A stretch of DNA of 64,000 nt from Camelus dromedarius (Eukaryota). The notes under the pieces were generated by a model. The model had not been told where the DNA came from and did no database searches. It saw nothing but the letters and a program-made list of their open reading frames with translations. This document shows positions 52,636 through 64,000 of this stretch, in pieces. Location: contig NC_087437.1 in NCBI RefSeq assembly GCF_036321535.1, positions 54,810,001-54,874,000 of the forward strand, written 5' to 3'. Position 1 is the first letter of the stretch, and every line of letters starts with the position of its first letter. A program made the position numbers and the translations under genes.

Positions 52636-52816
52636 CTTTGTGTTAGTCTGTGAACTCTTAGAAGGCAGGTACCAAGCCTTATTTGTATTTTGCGATGTTA
52701 ATACAAAAATAATAATAGCAGTTATTAATAATTGTTCACTTATGTATTTTTCCTTTTCATTATTAGTAATCTTTGTCTTTTTTTTTTTTTCCTTCTTTTT
52801 CTCTCTTCCACTTTAG

Positions 52817-53509
52817 GGCTCTGTTAGTTCAACAACAGCTTCTCCTCCCGTCTCCACCCCAGTCACAGGACATAAGAGAATGGTCATACCAAACCAACCC
52901 CCTCTAACGGCAACCAAAAAGTCTACATTAAAACCACAACCTGCACCTCAGGCTGGACCCATCCCCGTGGCTCCAATTGGAACACTAAAACCCCAGCCTC
53001 AGCCAGTCCCAGCCTCCTACACTACAGCATCCACCCCTTCAAGGCCTACCTTCAATGTGCAGGTGAAGTCAGCCCAGCCCAGCTCTCATTACATGGCTTC
53101 TCCTTCACCGGGACAATTTTATGGTTCAGGGCCAGGGGCTCAGGGCTATAATGCACAACCAGTTTCTATCCCTGGGCAGGGTCCACCTCCTTCTACACGG
53201 GGAGGCATGGATTATGCATATGTTCCACCACCAGGACTTCAGCCTGAGCCTGGGTATGGGTATGCCCCCAGTCAAGGACGCTACTATGAAGGCTATTCCC
53301 CAGCGGGGCCTGGCTATGGGAGCAAAAATGACTCTGATCCTGCCTATGGTCAACAAGGTCACTCAAATACCTGGAAGCGAGAACAAGGGTATACTCCTTC
53401 TGGAACAGGGAACCAGAACCCTGCTGGGATGTATCCAGTTCCTGGTCCCAAGAAGACTTATATCACAGATCCTGTTCCAGCCTCCTGTGCACCACCACTG
53501 CAGCCAAAG
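52817..53509 (+). CDS. LPP: Internal coding exon of lipoma-preferred partner (proline/tyrosine-rich pre-LIM region), 231 codons, phase 0/0
   Basis: A long polypyrimidine tract ends in ctttag|GGC at 52816/52817, and the donor is AAG|gtaggg at 53509/53510. The length of 693 nt is divisible by 3 and stop-free. It translates GSVSSTTASPPVSTPVTGHKRMVIPNQPPLTATKKSTLKPQPAPQAGPIPVAPIGTLKPQPQPVPASYTTAS...KKTYITDPVPASCAPPLQPK, matching mammalian LPP as I recall it. Confidence 0.96.
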
Positions 53510-53549
53510 GTAGGGGACTCATTAACATAGTGATGGGAATAAAGGGGTA

Positions 53550-54140
53550 CCTATCGTGGGCTGCCTTCTCCAGAAAGCAGAGCCTAAGGCAGAAGTATTT
53601 GTACTAGTTTTATTTCATTACAAAGCACAATCCTAAGGAAGTGCATGAGTGAAGCAGGAAAAATAGGGGATCCTGTTTGAGGATATGAGGATTTGTTACC
53701 AATAAGGCTCCTGTTTAGCATCGAGTGCCACTAATTGTTCAATCTTGAGGAACCATCTTCCAAAAGACCATATGAACCATAGCAGTTCAGGACAGTCTTT
53801 TCAAGGGGAAGACAGGAAAATAATTTATCTTCTAAATCTTGTTTCCTGTTGGTCACAGCTTCCTTCTGTGGGTCAGAGACTTTCTCACCCTTACATGTTG
53901 CATTTACTTGGGCACCAAATAGATCTGCAGCATTTTATGCCTCAGCAGGCATAGGGAATCCCTCGATCTGGAGGTGAGAGAGGTGCAGGACAGCATGTGA
54001 TGAACTGCTGTCAGGCTGGGCTCATGGGAAGGGAGTCAGAACCCAAGCATTGTTGGTACCACAGTGACTGCTGGGGAAAAACAGGTGGATAAGGGCCCAG
54101 GAGACAGGTGAGGCTATGGGGATCTAAGGTAATACAGGTA
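53550..54140. mobile_element. Probable old ERVL LTR (LTR16/LTR33-like) immediately downstream of the exon
   Basis: gggctgccttctccagaaagcagagcctaaggcagaag...tagttttatt resembles the LTR16/33 terminus as I recall it. Confidence 0.45.
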
Positions 54141-56519
54141 CTTTGTCTAGTTTTCTTTGGCAGGGGGCTGCAGTATAATAACACTTGTTTGTTACCCCTT
54201 GTGTATCCACATTAATGATCCTCCAGGAAGAGTATTACTGTCCAATTACTTGAACACTCTAGGCAACTTTAAAAATTATTTATTATAGTTATCTTTTCAT
54301 TTTTTTTAAAATTTCAAGCATGTATGTGTTTTAAGTCAACACATTCAGCTACTTCCTGTGAATAAGTTAGATATATTACTATACACACCTATTCACCTAC
54401 AACTTGGATTTTTTGTGAGTACAAGAACCAACATGATAATGTTTCCTCCCACCATGAAAAGTGCAACCAAGGAGAGTTATTTGGAAGGAGTGAGACGGAG
54501 AAACTAATCTAGTTCTCAGCCATTGTGTTAAAACTGAGCCTTCCCTTTCTTTTGTTAGAGCTGTAAGAAATCAGAAGTTGAAGCCCTTGATTAGCTAGAA
54601 GTTCAGTGGTAACTTTGGGGGATGAATTGGGCAGAAGATTGGACTATATGTTTGTTTTATTTTAATCCTTTGCACATTAGAGATTGTCAATTTCCAAGCA
54701 TATCCAATCTCATTTTCAACATTATAACAAAAGTTAGTGAGGTCCTTACTCTCTGGGTAGTGAGTCCACTAAATCAGTTTTCTCACATGAAAACATCTGC
54801 TCTGTTAATGGTGCAGATGGATTTTAGTTTCCTTAGAGGAAAAGAACCCTTCCCAACAAGTGGGGCTTGTGGGTAGCTGGAGGCATCCATCAACCTTATG
54901 AATGTCCATTGCATGAAAGTGGACCAGCCATGATCATTTTCCAACATAAAGATTCCAAGTTAAAATGTTAAGTGTTTTCGAAACATTACTCTTGGAAGGG
55001 CTTTCTTTCCACAATCTCTTTATGAAAAGAGATGTTATTAAGGGTTTTTTGTTTTGTTTTGTTTTTAAAATAAATATTGCCCCAAATAGCCCAACTGGAC
55101 AGCCTTGCCCTTTGTTAACATCGCAGCATATTTGCGTTAGTCCCTCCTGGCCCCAGAGCAACCAGTTCAGAAAAAAATGAGGTTATTCAACTTTACCTCA
55201 TTTTGGTACAACCGCAACAAATTCCCTTACAGAAGATTAAAAGTTTAGGTTGGGACAATGGCCATCAGCATTTAAGTTCAAATGGTATGAATTTTTTCCC
55301 TGTCCAAAACAGCCCAACTGACAAATTGGCTGAATGATGTTCCCAAGGGGAGGAGATGGGCCCTGAGTTGTTTAAGGATCCTCTTGCCTGACCTAGGGAA
55401 ACAGACATGAGACAGAGCAAAAGTATGTCTAGGTGGAGAGAGTGATCTGGTGAGAAATACTGAGCCAGTCTTTGAGTTTTCCTGTTTTCCCATCGTGTCA
55501 CTGGGCACTCTGGAACCAGTCCAGTGGTGTAGGGAAGAGCCAGCACCCACTGCAAGACCTGGAGCTAAGATGTTAGGTGCAGACACATCACTTGCGTTTG
55601 GTCTGTCTTCACCAACCTACTTGGGGTGACAGAATGAACTTTTATTAACCGCTCTCCATAAAGCAAAAACTTTATTTTCCTTCTTACTGAAATAAGATAA
55701 TTATTCAAGATGATCTATTACATTATTACAGATTTTGGGTATCAGTGGATTTCATGTCATTTTCTAAAATTATGAAATGTTTGTTTTTCAACAGTGTCAT
55801 GTGTTTTAACATCATACTGTACATTTAAAAAATGAAAATCAAATCACGTACTTTTTTGCTGTGATTATTAAGGAGAATGGTTAGAGGTTGATATTTAGCC
55901 ATCTGTCTGTGTTTTGGGAAAGGGGGAAGAGGCTGATGAAGCTACAGATACAGTCTGTGTGTGTGCTGGGGGCACTGGTGGGTGAAGAGGTGGGCTCTTT
56001 CACAGTTGGTCTTTGAGCAGAACACTGCCGTATTCAACCACACCTGTGCACAGAAGACCTTATTGTCTCAAATATTGACTTTGCTTGGCTTAGGGATGTG
56101 ACTACTGGCTTGAGAAATGAGCTCCTAATTCTAATCCCAGTTCCTCCCTTGACATTCTTCTTTCAGTTTGAGGAAAGCCTCCAGACTTCTTTATGTCACG
56201 CTCCCAGCCTCCATAAAGCAGGATGTCATCTTCCTTAATTAATGAATGATTGCAAAGGGCTTGGAAATTTCCAAGGGCTGAATAATTGCCAAGTGAGGAC
56301 TATTCAGCTTTTTCACTTGGCTTTCATTTATTTCTCATCTTTTTGTCACTGATGGAAAACTTACCTTCCTGCCTTAAAACAATGATCTTTTGTTACCTTG
56401 AGAAGTTCTTAGCAATTTGGCGTTTAACCCACTGAGGGTAAAGGTTTTAAACAGTGAAATCTATCTGTCTCCCTTATATTTGAGATGAGCTGCTTTAATT
56501 TTTTAATGTCATAGTATAA

Positions 56520-56625
56520 TATAAAAGAAGAAGGAGAAGAAGGGAAGGGAAAAATAGAAGGAAAGAAAGAAAAGGAAAAAAAGGAAGGAAAGGAAGAAAA
56601 GAATGAAGAAAGGACGGAAATGAAA
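56520..56625. repeat. Purine-rich (GA-rich) low-complexity tract
   Basis: About 100 bp that is almost exclusively A/G. Confidence 0.85.
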
Positions 56626-58282
56626 TCAGAGCCTGCAAGACGGGGGATCATGGTTATACTTGTGTTCCCATAATGAATTTGTATGCTACAGGAGAGCATA
56701 ATGTGTTTCCTGGACCCACTGGGCTGAGTTCCTTTAAAATATTGTTATAAGCAAGTCTTTATAAGAGAGAACTGTTCCCTTCTCACTAGAAATCCTCTTA
56801 AAGACACAGTGGAATCTGTTCTTTCTGCCATTTTCTAAAAGCTAGTAGCTGCTGGTTGCTGTGTAGCTCACAGAGCTCTGGTCCAGTGCAGTATCTTCAC
56901 ATATGTATCTTCTCCACTATTCAGATAAGCCCTGGGGCCAGGACCAGCAGGCCAGCCATCACTCTCAGGTCCACAGTGCCAGGTGGCTTTAGCTTCCACT
57001 TCCATGTCATCAATCTAATCTGTGTCAGCCTTGGTTCTGGTAAAGAGACAGGCATTTGCTCTGTAAATGGTAAAAAGCACTGGTGTCATGCATCTCAGGC
57101 AAGTTGCTAGAGGCCACCTCATGTGGGGGTTAGGCTCCATTGTAAAATCATCTATTAAAATTTCCTTGGAAAATTCTTCAAGAAGGTGAGACCTGGGAGA
57201 TCAATGAACCACCTTTCAATAAATCCAACAGGAAGTTTTTCTTATCCAGTGATAGATCAAATCACAGCTCTTCATTTAGTGTTTGAATCTGGGGGATATT
57301 TTATGGGTCAGAGAGGATAAAGAAGGTAATGAACCTCTAGGGTCAGTGTTGAAGGGTCCCCAAGACTGGTCAGTTGTTGAGATTAAAAAAATATTTGAGA
57401 ATGTTGATGCAGTAGTGTTTTAAGTATTCAAATAATATCAACATGTTTAAATTTCATTTCATTGTAGAAAAGAGAATGGTGTATATATTGGGTGTACTGC
57501 AGAGAATTGGTGACATTTGAGAGAAAACTGGTATTCTTTTTGCTAAATACCTCTTAAGTCCAGGATCAGAGAAACAAACAAGAGAGAGTTAGGGTGGGGA
57601 GAGGGATGGATGTGGATATGGGCCTCAGGTCAGATGCTGATAATACCTGGACATGTATAAAGCTGAGGATAAAAGAGATTGCTTGAGGATGACAGTGACT
57701 GTAATAATAGTAATTCCCCTTTCCACAGGGTTTTTCAGTTTCCAAAGTGTTTTGTGGACCTCACAAATCCATGATCATTAAGCACAGATCAAGATTTCTG
57801 TCTTTCACTGATGGGGGTTCAAAGGCTCAGCAATGAGAGTCACTCACCTAAGGTCATACGTCAGATTCACGTGCGAGCCACGGTTCCAAGTCAGGTCTTC
57901 TGAAGATTGTCCTCGTGCTTTCCACCTGGTAAACGATGGATGTTGGTTTGGTGTTTGGGTGGGGCGAGTGCCATGTCAGCATCACCACCACTGGATGTGG
58001 CTCCGCTGTGGGCCAGGTCAAGGCAGACGTGGGCTCAGGCAGTCGTGGTGCTGTGTCATGAGATCGACAGTGGAGGGGAAGCACCGGTTAAGTCCCTGCT
58101 GGGCTCCCAGGCTCCGCACCAGCACCGTGGAGCTGTGCTTCCTCTTCCCTATCACCCATGCACAATTTATCCCAGTCTTTCTCCCTTCATGGTATCTCAA
58201 ATCTACTTTCTTATCTAAATCCCCCTTGCTACTGTCCTGGTTCAGTTGTCCTCCTTTCTCACCTGAGCCTATGAAATGATCT

Positions 58283-59044
58283 TTTTTTTTCTTTTTTGTT
58301 AATTGAAGTATAGTTGATTTACAGTGTTGTGTTAGTTTCTGGTACAGCAAAGTAATTCAGTTATATACATATATATATTCTTTTTTCATATGCTTTTCCA
58401 TTAGAGGTTATTACAAGATATTGAATACAGTTCCCTGTGCTATATAGTATGGTCCTTGTTGTTTGTCTGTTTTATATATAGTAGTATGTATCTGCTAATC
58501 CCAAACTCCTAATTTATCCTCCCCCCACCATCCCCTTTGGTAACCATAAGTTTGTTTTCTATGTCTCTAAGTCTGTTTCTGTTTTGTAAATAAGTTCACT
58601 TTTATCATATTTTAGATTTCACATAAAGAGATATCATATGATACTTGTCTTATTTCACTTAATAGGATAATCTCTAGGTCCATCCATGTTGCTACAAATG
58701 GCATTATTTCATTCTTTTTTGTTGCTGAGTAGTATTCCATTGTATGCATACACCACATCTTCTTTATCCAGTCATCCAATCATCCAATCATCAGTGGACA
58801 TTTAGGTTGCTTCCATGTTTTGGCTATTATAAGTAGTGCCACTATGAACATTGGGGTGCATGTTATCTTTTCAAAGTAGAGTTCCTTCCAGATATATGCC
58901 CAGAATTGGGATTGCTGGAACATACAGTAGGTCTATTTTTAGTTTTTTAAAGGAAACTCCATACTGTTTTCCATAGTGGATGTACCAATCTACATTCTCA
59001 CCAATAGTGTAGGAGGGGTCCCTTTTCTCCACACCCTCTCCAGC
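58283..59044 (-). mobile_element. 5'-truncated LINE-1 3' end (cetartiodactyl-type), about 760 bp, with TSD, inserted into L2-like sequence
   Basis: A T-run is followed by aattgaagtatagttgatttaca...ccttttctccacaccctctccagc, typical of an L1 3' end read antisense. The flanks are tgaaatgatct (58272-58282) and tgaaatggtct (59045-59055). Confidence 0.9.
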
Positions 59045-59899
59045 TGAAATGGTCTCTTTATCCTACACCAGGATGAACCGTTCTACCAGATTAATCTTTC
59101 CACAGCTTTGTCCTTGTCACTAATTGCCTTTTTTCAAAAATCTTCAGAAGTTCCCAGCCAGTTACGGAATTCATTGAAACTGTAGCCTAGATTTCCAGTT
59201 TTCTCTCCCCACTTAAGCATCCCAGCTTCCAGCTGAGAAGTTACATTCCTAGGCGTTTCTCATCTCTATAGCTTTTCTCTTGGAGCTTCTACTTCCTAGA
59301 ATTCCTTCCCAGGCCTCCCCCCAAATATATGAAGTATTTGCATATCTGATGTGACCCATTAAGGCTGAGCTAAACTGTTCATCTCTCTTGTGAAGGCTTC
59401 TCTTTCTAAAATTAACTTGTACATTATTTCACCCTCTCCTGTGGAAATTTTCACACTCTTACTGTACTAGAGGCATTTATCTACCTGTATTCCACCAAGC
59501 TATGCCCCAGCATATATTATACTCAAGATTTAGGGAATGTAGATAGTATCTGAACACTGTTTCCTCCAGAGGAGCTAAGTATTTAATACATTCTTGTTTA
59601 ATGAAGATACTTGAAGAAACTTCCTACTTCCTAATAAAATCTGCTTTAGAACTCAGCAGATTGTTCATCAAAATGCCAAAACCCAAGCCTATACTACCAA
59701 ATCAGCTTAGGTGAACTCAGTAGCACACACATTATCACATCAGAAACTCAGTATCCGAAGTATCTAGGTAATTTCTCATGTTGGCAGTTGTGCTAGTATT
59801 TTACATTTTCTGGGATACCTGTGTGTATGTTGTTATGTACACAGTCTTTTTTACTTTCTGCATGTGCCGAAGCCCGTAGAATTTGTTGATTCTTATTCT

Positions 59900-61720
59900 T
59901 TAATTACCTTTTTGATGTTAATTTATGTAGAATTAAATGTGCCCATTGGGAATGCATAAGGCAGTTGTATGCACCTGGGTAACCACCATCACAACCAAGA
60001 TAGACAATATTTCCAGTGCCCCACGGAGCTCCCTCAGGCCCTGTTGCAGTCAGCCCCCTTTACCCTCAGCCCCAGGCACCCTTCCTGCTTTCTAACATAG
60101 ATTATTTTTACCCTTTCTAGAATTCCATGTAAATAGAATCATCAGTATACACTCTTGCGTCTAGGCTCCTTTTAATCACTGTAATTTTTTGCAGTTCATT
60201 TATATACATGTCCGTTGTATGAGTGGACTGCATTTTGTTTATCCATTCACTTGTTTGGGGACAGTTATTTTTTTCATTTCTAATTATGAATAAAGCTGCT
60301 ATGAACAAGTCTTTACATGAACAAGTCTTTATATGAACATAGTTTTCATTTCTCTTGGATAAATACCTAGCAGAGGTCACGTGGTAACTAACTTTGGAAG
60401 AGACTGCCAAACCGTGTTCCTAAATGTACCATTTCATGTTCTCACTAGCCAAGTCTGAGAGGTCCAGTTGCTCCCTAATTCTGACAATACTTAGCATGTT
60501 GGTCTTTTTGATTTTACCTGTTTTCATGGTGTATAGATGTATCTGATTATGGATTATATTTACATATTCCTGTTGGCTAATGATGTGGAACATTTACTAG
60601 TCATGCACTTATTGGCTATTTGTATATCTTCTTTTGTGAAGTATCATCAAATTTTTGGCCCATTGTTTAATTGGATTTTTTAAATGGTAAGAATATATTA
60701 TATATTCTGAATAAAAGTCCTTAGACATATGCATTGCCAGTATTTGTTCCCAGTCTGTGACTTGACTTTTCATTTTCTTAATGTTATTTTCTAAAAGCAG
60801 AAGTTTTTAATTTTGATGAAGATCAATTTGCCACTTTTATCTTCTATAGTTCATGCTTTCTATTTAGACATTCGTGTCTTCTCACAAAGATTTTATTCTA
60901 TGCTTTCTTTTTGATGTTCTACAGGTAAATTTAGGGCTTTAATTCTCTTCAAATTAAACTTTGTGTATTGTGTGAGATAAGGATCAAAGTTCATTTTCCC
61001 CCCTTGGGATAACAGTTTTTCCATCATTATTTGTTGAAAAAGTCTTTTCTTCCATTGACGTATCTTGATACCTTTGACAAAAATCAACTGAGCACGAATG
61101 TATGGGTCTATCTGGACTCTATTCTGTTCTGTTACTTTATATATCTATCCTCAAGCCAGTACTACACTATCTTGATCACTTTTATAGATTTTTTGATCCA
61201 AGCCAGTACTACACTATCTTGATCACTTTTATAGATTTTTTGATCCCTCAATGTAAGTTTTCTATCTTTGTTCTCTTTCAAAAGTGTTTTGATTGTTCTA
61301 AATATTTTGTATTTCCTCAAAAATTTTAGCATCAGCTTGTCAATCTCCACAAAATAGCTTGCTCTGATTTCGACTGAGATCTTGTTTAATCTACAGATCA
61401 ATTTGAAAACAGCTGAAATCTTAACAATATTGAGTCTTCCAACCCATGAATGTGGTGTAGCTCTCATTTTATTTATGCTGTTAATAATTTCTCTCCACAA
61501 TGTATTGTAGTTTTACACATATTTTGTTAAATTATTTCGTGCTCTGGGTGCTATTGTAAATGGTATTTTTAAAAAAATTCTTAATTTGCAGTCATTTGTT
61601 AGTATATACAGATACCATTGATTTTTTAATATTGACCTTGCATTTTATGACTCATTAAATTTAAGAGTTTTACTAGCTTTTTTAAGACTCCTTAGGCTTT
61701 TCTACCTGATCATTTCACCT
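59900..61720 (-). mobile_element. Old L1M element: 3' UTR plus the C-terminal part of ORF2, degraded
   Basis: 3' UTR motifs include gtaaccaccatcacaaccaagatagacaatatttcc and gaataaagctgctatgaaca. ORF-track peptides resemble L1 ORF2: SWVGRLNIVKISAVFKLICRLNKISVEI...FVEIDKLMLKF (61162-61500) and FDPYLTQYTKFNLKRIKALN (60893-61087). Confidence 0.9.
61152..61245. repeat. Perfect 47-bp x2 tandem duplication
   Basis: caagccagtactacactatcttgatcacttttatagattttttgatc occurs at 61152-61198 and 61199-61245. Confidence 0.95.
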
Positions 61721-61924
61721 ACAAGAAATTCTTGATTCAATTTTTCATTTCCTTTATGGATAAGAGTCTATCCATCAACTTTCTATGCTTGGAATATTTG
61801 CTTCTTGATTGAACAGCTTCCCACAAATTTGAAGGATGTAAATTGGAAAATATAATAAATCTTTACTCTCTGCTTCCCTGGACTAGCCTTTCGAAGCTGT
61901 GAGACATCGCAGTTATCTTCAGAA

Positions 61925-62030
61925 TCACTGGATCATAATTCCTTCAAATTACAGATGGGAAAACTGAGGCCTGAGAAGTTGCAGTGACTTGGAGAGGTAG
62001 TTATACAGTTAGTCAGTGGCACATTTGAGG
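61925..62030 (-). mobile_element. MIR
   Basis: ttacagatgggaaaactgaggcctgagaagttgcagtgactt and agttagtcagtggca. Confidence 0.7.
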
Positions 62031-63779
62031 AGAAAATTAATGCTTTTTTCTAAATCACGATTTCTCCCTGCTTCGGTTCAAGACCAGTGAAAACAGGAGT
62101 ATAAATGAGCTTTAGAAGGTGTAATAACTGTTGTCAAAAGGAGCTGATCTCCCAGCCCTAGACACCCACATCAGTTCTGTGCGGCCTCTGAATGACAGAA
62201 AATGGCAGCCATTCTGCTGTCCTCGTCTGGGCTCCCGGTTGCTCCTGTGAGAGGACGAGTTCTGACGGTCCATGTGGTTTTAACTCAGTCCATCATCTCT
62301 CCTTCCCCTGATTTTAAAAGTTATATGAGGGTGGATGTCCTCTTATACTAAGACATGTCTGTGAATATGATGTATTCATTTTACTTGTCTAATCCTTTTC
62401 ATAGATATAGATGTTTAAAAATATCTCAGGTCCCTAGTCTTTTTAGAACATTTAAGTTATTTTAATAAACGATCCTGGCCAACGTGTAATTTTTTTTGTG
62501 TGTAAAAGCGAGAGAAGTCATTTTGCAAGTGGAGTCATTGATATGTCCCTCTAGGAACCTTCTTTCCTTCTTGGCCAGCTGCACACACCCCTGCTGTCCT
62601 ATTTCAGACCAGAAATGATAGTTGTTCTCCCCAGCAAACAAAGACACTTGACTACAGTTGATGTACAATAATTAGTGGTGAGTATAAAAACTGTGGCAGA
62701 TTGTGCACAGAGTATTAGGAAGTATCTCAAAGTGAAAGTCAAGTAGTTGACTTTCCAAGAGTGCTATTGTCCTAAAAATATATACTTGTTAACACTTTGA
62801 TTTTCAGGAATATGGAAAACCCAACTTTCAGACATAACCTTAGCAAATAATATGGTGTTTGCTCTACTTCATCCTTAGAATTCAGTGGATCTTCTTCAAA
62901 AAATACAGTTTGGTTTATTTCAGCAGATTACTTAAATATAACATCTTAAATTATATAATATTAACATGTAACATTTTTATAACCCCTTAAGAAAACTTAC
63001 CAAACACTTTCATATGTGGGGAAAACTCTGTAACATGCGGGAGGCAACTTGCCTAGTAACATACCAGTACCTAAGGTCAGAGGAAGGATGAGCTCTTAGG
63101 TCTTCTGACTGCCAGACCACTGTTCTTTCCACTCCGTGACACTTGCCTCCATTCATAGCTGTCTGTGTTTACACGTGTTAGCTCATTGTACAGTTATCCA
63201 AACATCAAATATTCCTCAGGCTCAACAGTTTAGGGAATAAAACTTTATAGAGCTGTATTTCTGGGATATAACATGTATTTAACCTTTGAAACCCAAGATT
63301 CAGTCAACACTATATCAAGAATCAAGGAGTTGAAACTATGCCCTTAATACAAGTTCCGGATAATAGACTCTCTTTTATTCAGTCTATAAATATTTGGTGT
63401 ATTTATTCCTCCAGCACAGACACCTTGTTCATTTTTGATGTGGCTTTAGAGGCTATCGTGGAAAGGTCGGATAAGAGGGTGTAGGTGTGCTAGTTGCATT
63501 CTTTATGGATCTGTTAGCTGTTACTTATTTTTAATGGTGCCTATATGCAGTCTTTAACACAAATCTGGATAGAGTTCCTATAACAATGATACTTTTAATC
63601 TTTACCAGATGAAATCGTATTTTTAATCCTGCTATTCATCCCATCCAAAGGACACCAAGTATTAGGCAGGCTGTGTAGGAGACAGCTGAAGCTGGTGATC
63701 CTTGCAGAGGCAGGAAAGTTGATAGTAACCAGCAGAGAACCAAAAAAGAGCTAAAGAAGGTAGGTGGGGAATATGAACT

Positions 63780-63920
63780 AGGACTAGCTTATGGGCCAGA
63801 TCTCACCTAGCACCTGGTTTTGTAAATAATGTGTTACTGAAACTCAGCTATATTCGTTTCTTATATGTTATCTATGGCTGCCTTCACACTACAGCAGTAG
63901 AGCTGAGACAGCACAACAGT
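63780..63920 (+). mobile_element. MER58A-like hAT-Charlie DNA transposon fragment
   Basis: gggccagatc...ttttgtaaataatgtgttactgaaactcagc...tctatggctgccttcacactacagcagtagagctgag matches the recalled MER58A consensus. Confidence 0.75.
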
Positions 63921-64000
63921 AGCTGTTATGTTACTGTGTGCAACAAGTTCATACATGTGCTTTTTACAAATTGTCATGATCTAAGTTTTGTTTGGAAAAA

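Larger units (their letters stand above)
1..52816 (+). other. LPP: 3' part of the large LPP intron upstream of the exon (upstream exon outside the window)
   Basis: No other LPP-like coding sequence is recognisable, the region is repeat-dense, and it ends in a canonical acceptor. LPP is known to have very long introns. Confidence 0.8.
53510..64000 (+). other. LPP: 5' part of the LPP intron downstream of the exon
   Basis: Starts with the GT donor. No downstream LPP coding sequence (GGHSGQ.../LIM domains) is seen. Confidence 0.8.

Noticed and set aside
53121..53513. 130-aa overlapping ORF in the +1 frame of the LPP exon
   Set aside because: T at -3 of the ATG, no recognisable homology, and stop-poor alternative frames are common in Pro/Gly-rich exons.
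57290..57560. Possible CR1/L3 relic (similar hints at about 50060-50300 and 54720-54960)
   Set aside because: Similarity is too faint to support by eye, so a Dfam HMM scan is needed.
1..64000. CRISPR arrays, operons, or prokaryotic/viral-type novel systems
   Set aside because: The window is mammalian intron. I saw no regularly spaced repeat-spacer array, no gene cluster and no intact retroviral or transposase ORF. The short ORFs in the track are consistent with chance.

Overview
Mammalian genomic DNA that is AT-rich and repeat-dense. It lies inside the LPP gene (LIM domain-containing preferred translocation partner in lipoma) on the + strand. Only one coding exon is recognisable: the large proline/tyrosine-rich pre-LIM exon at 52817-53509 (693 nt, phase 0/0, ag...GT boundaries). 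Everything else appears to be LPP intron carrying MIR, L2, L1, ERVL/MaLR solo LTRs, DNA-transposon relics and microsatellites. Two tRNA-derived SINEs resemble the camelid (vic-1-type) SINE, and I saw no Alu, B1, Bov-A/BovB, PRE1 or Can-SINE, so the source is probably a camelid (inference). I do not find a novel multi-gene system. The leads worth checking concern LPP isoform and regulatory architecture: an in-frame internal donor and a strong-Kozak internal ATG in the exon, a stop-free circularisable exon, a candidate cryptic/poison exon at about 33.4 kb, a CpG-rich intronic patch at about 19.6-20.1 kb, and a MEF2/ETS/ARE motif cluster at about 28.1-28.3 kb. Several insertions also retain target-site duplications (TSDs), and there is one perfect 47-bp tandem duplication. 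Repeat family names come from recalled consensus sequences, and boundaries are approximate unless TSDs are given.
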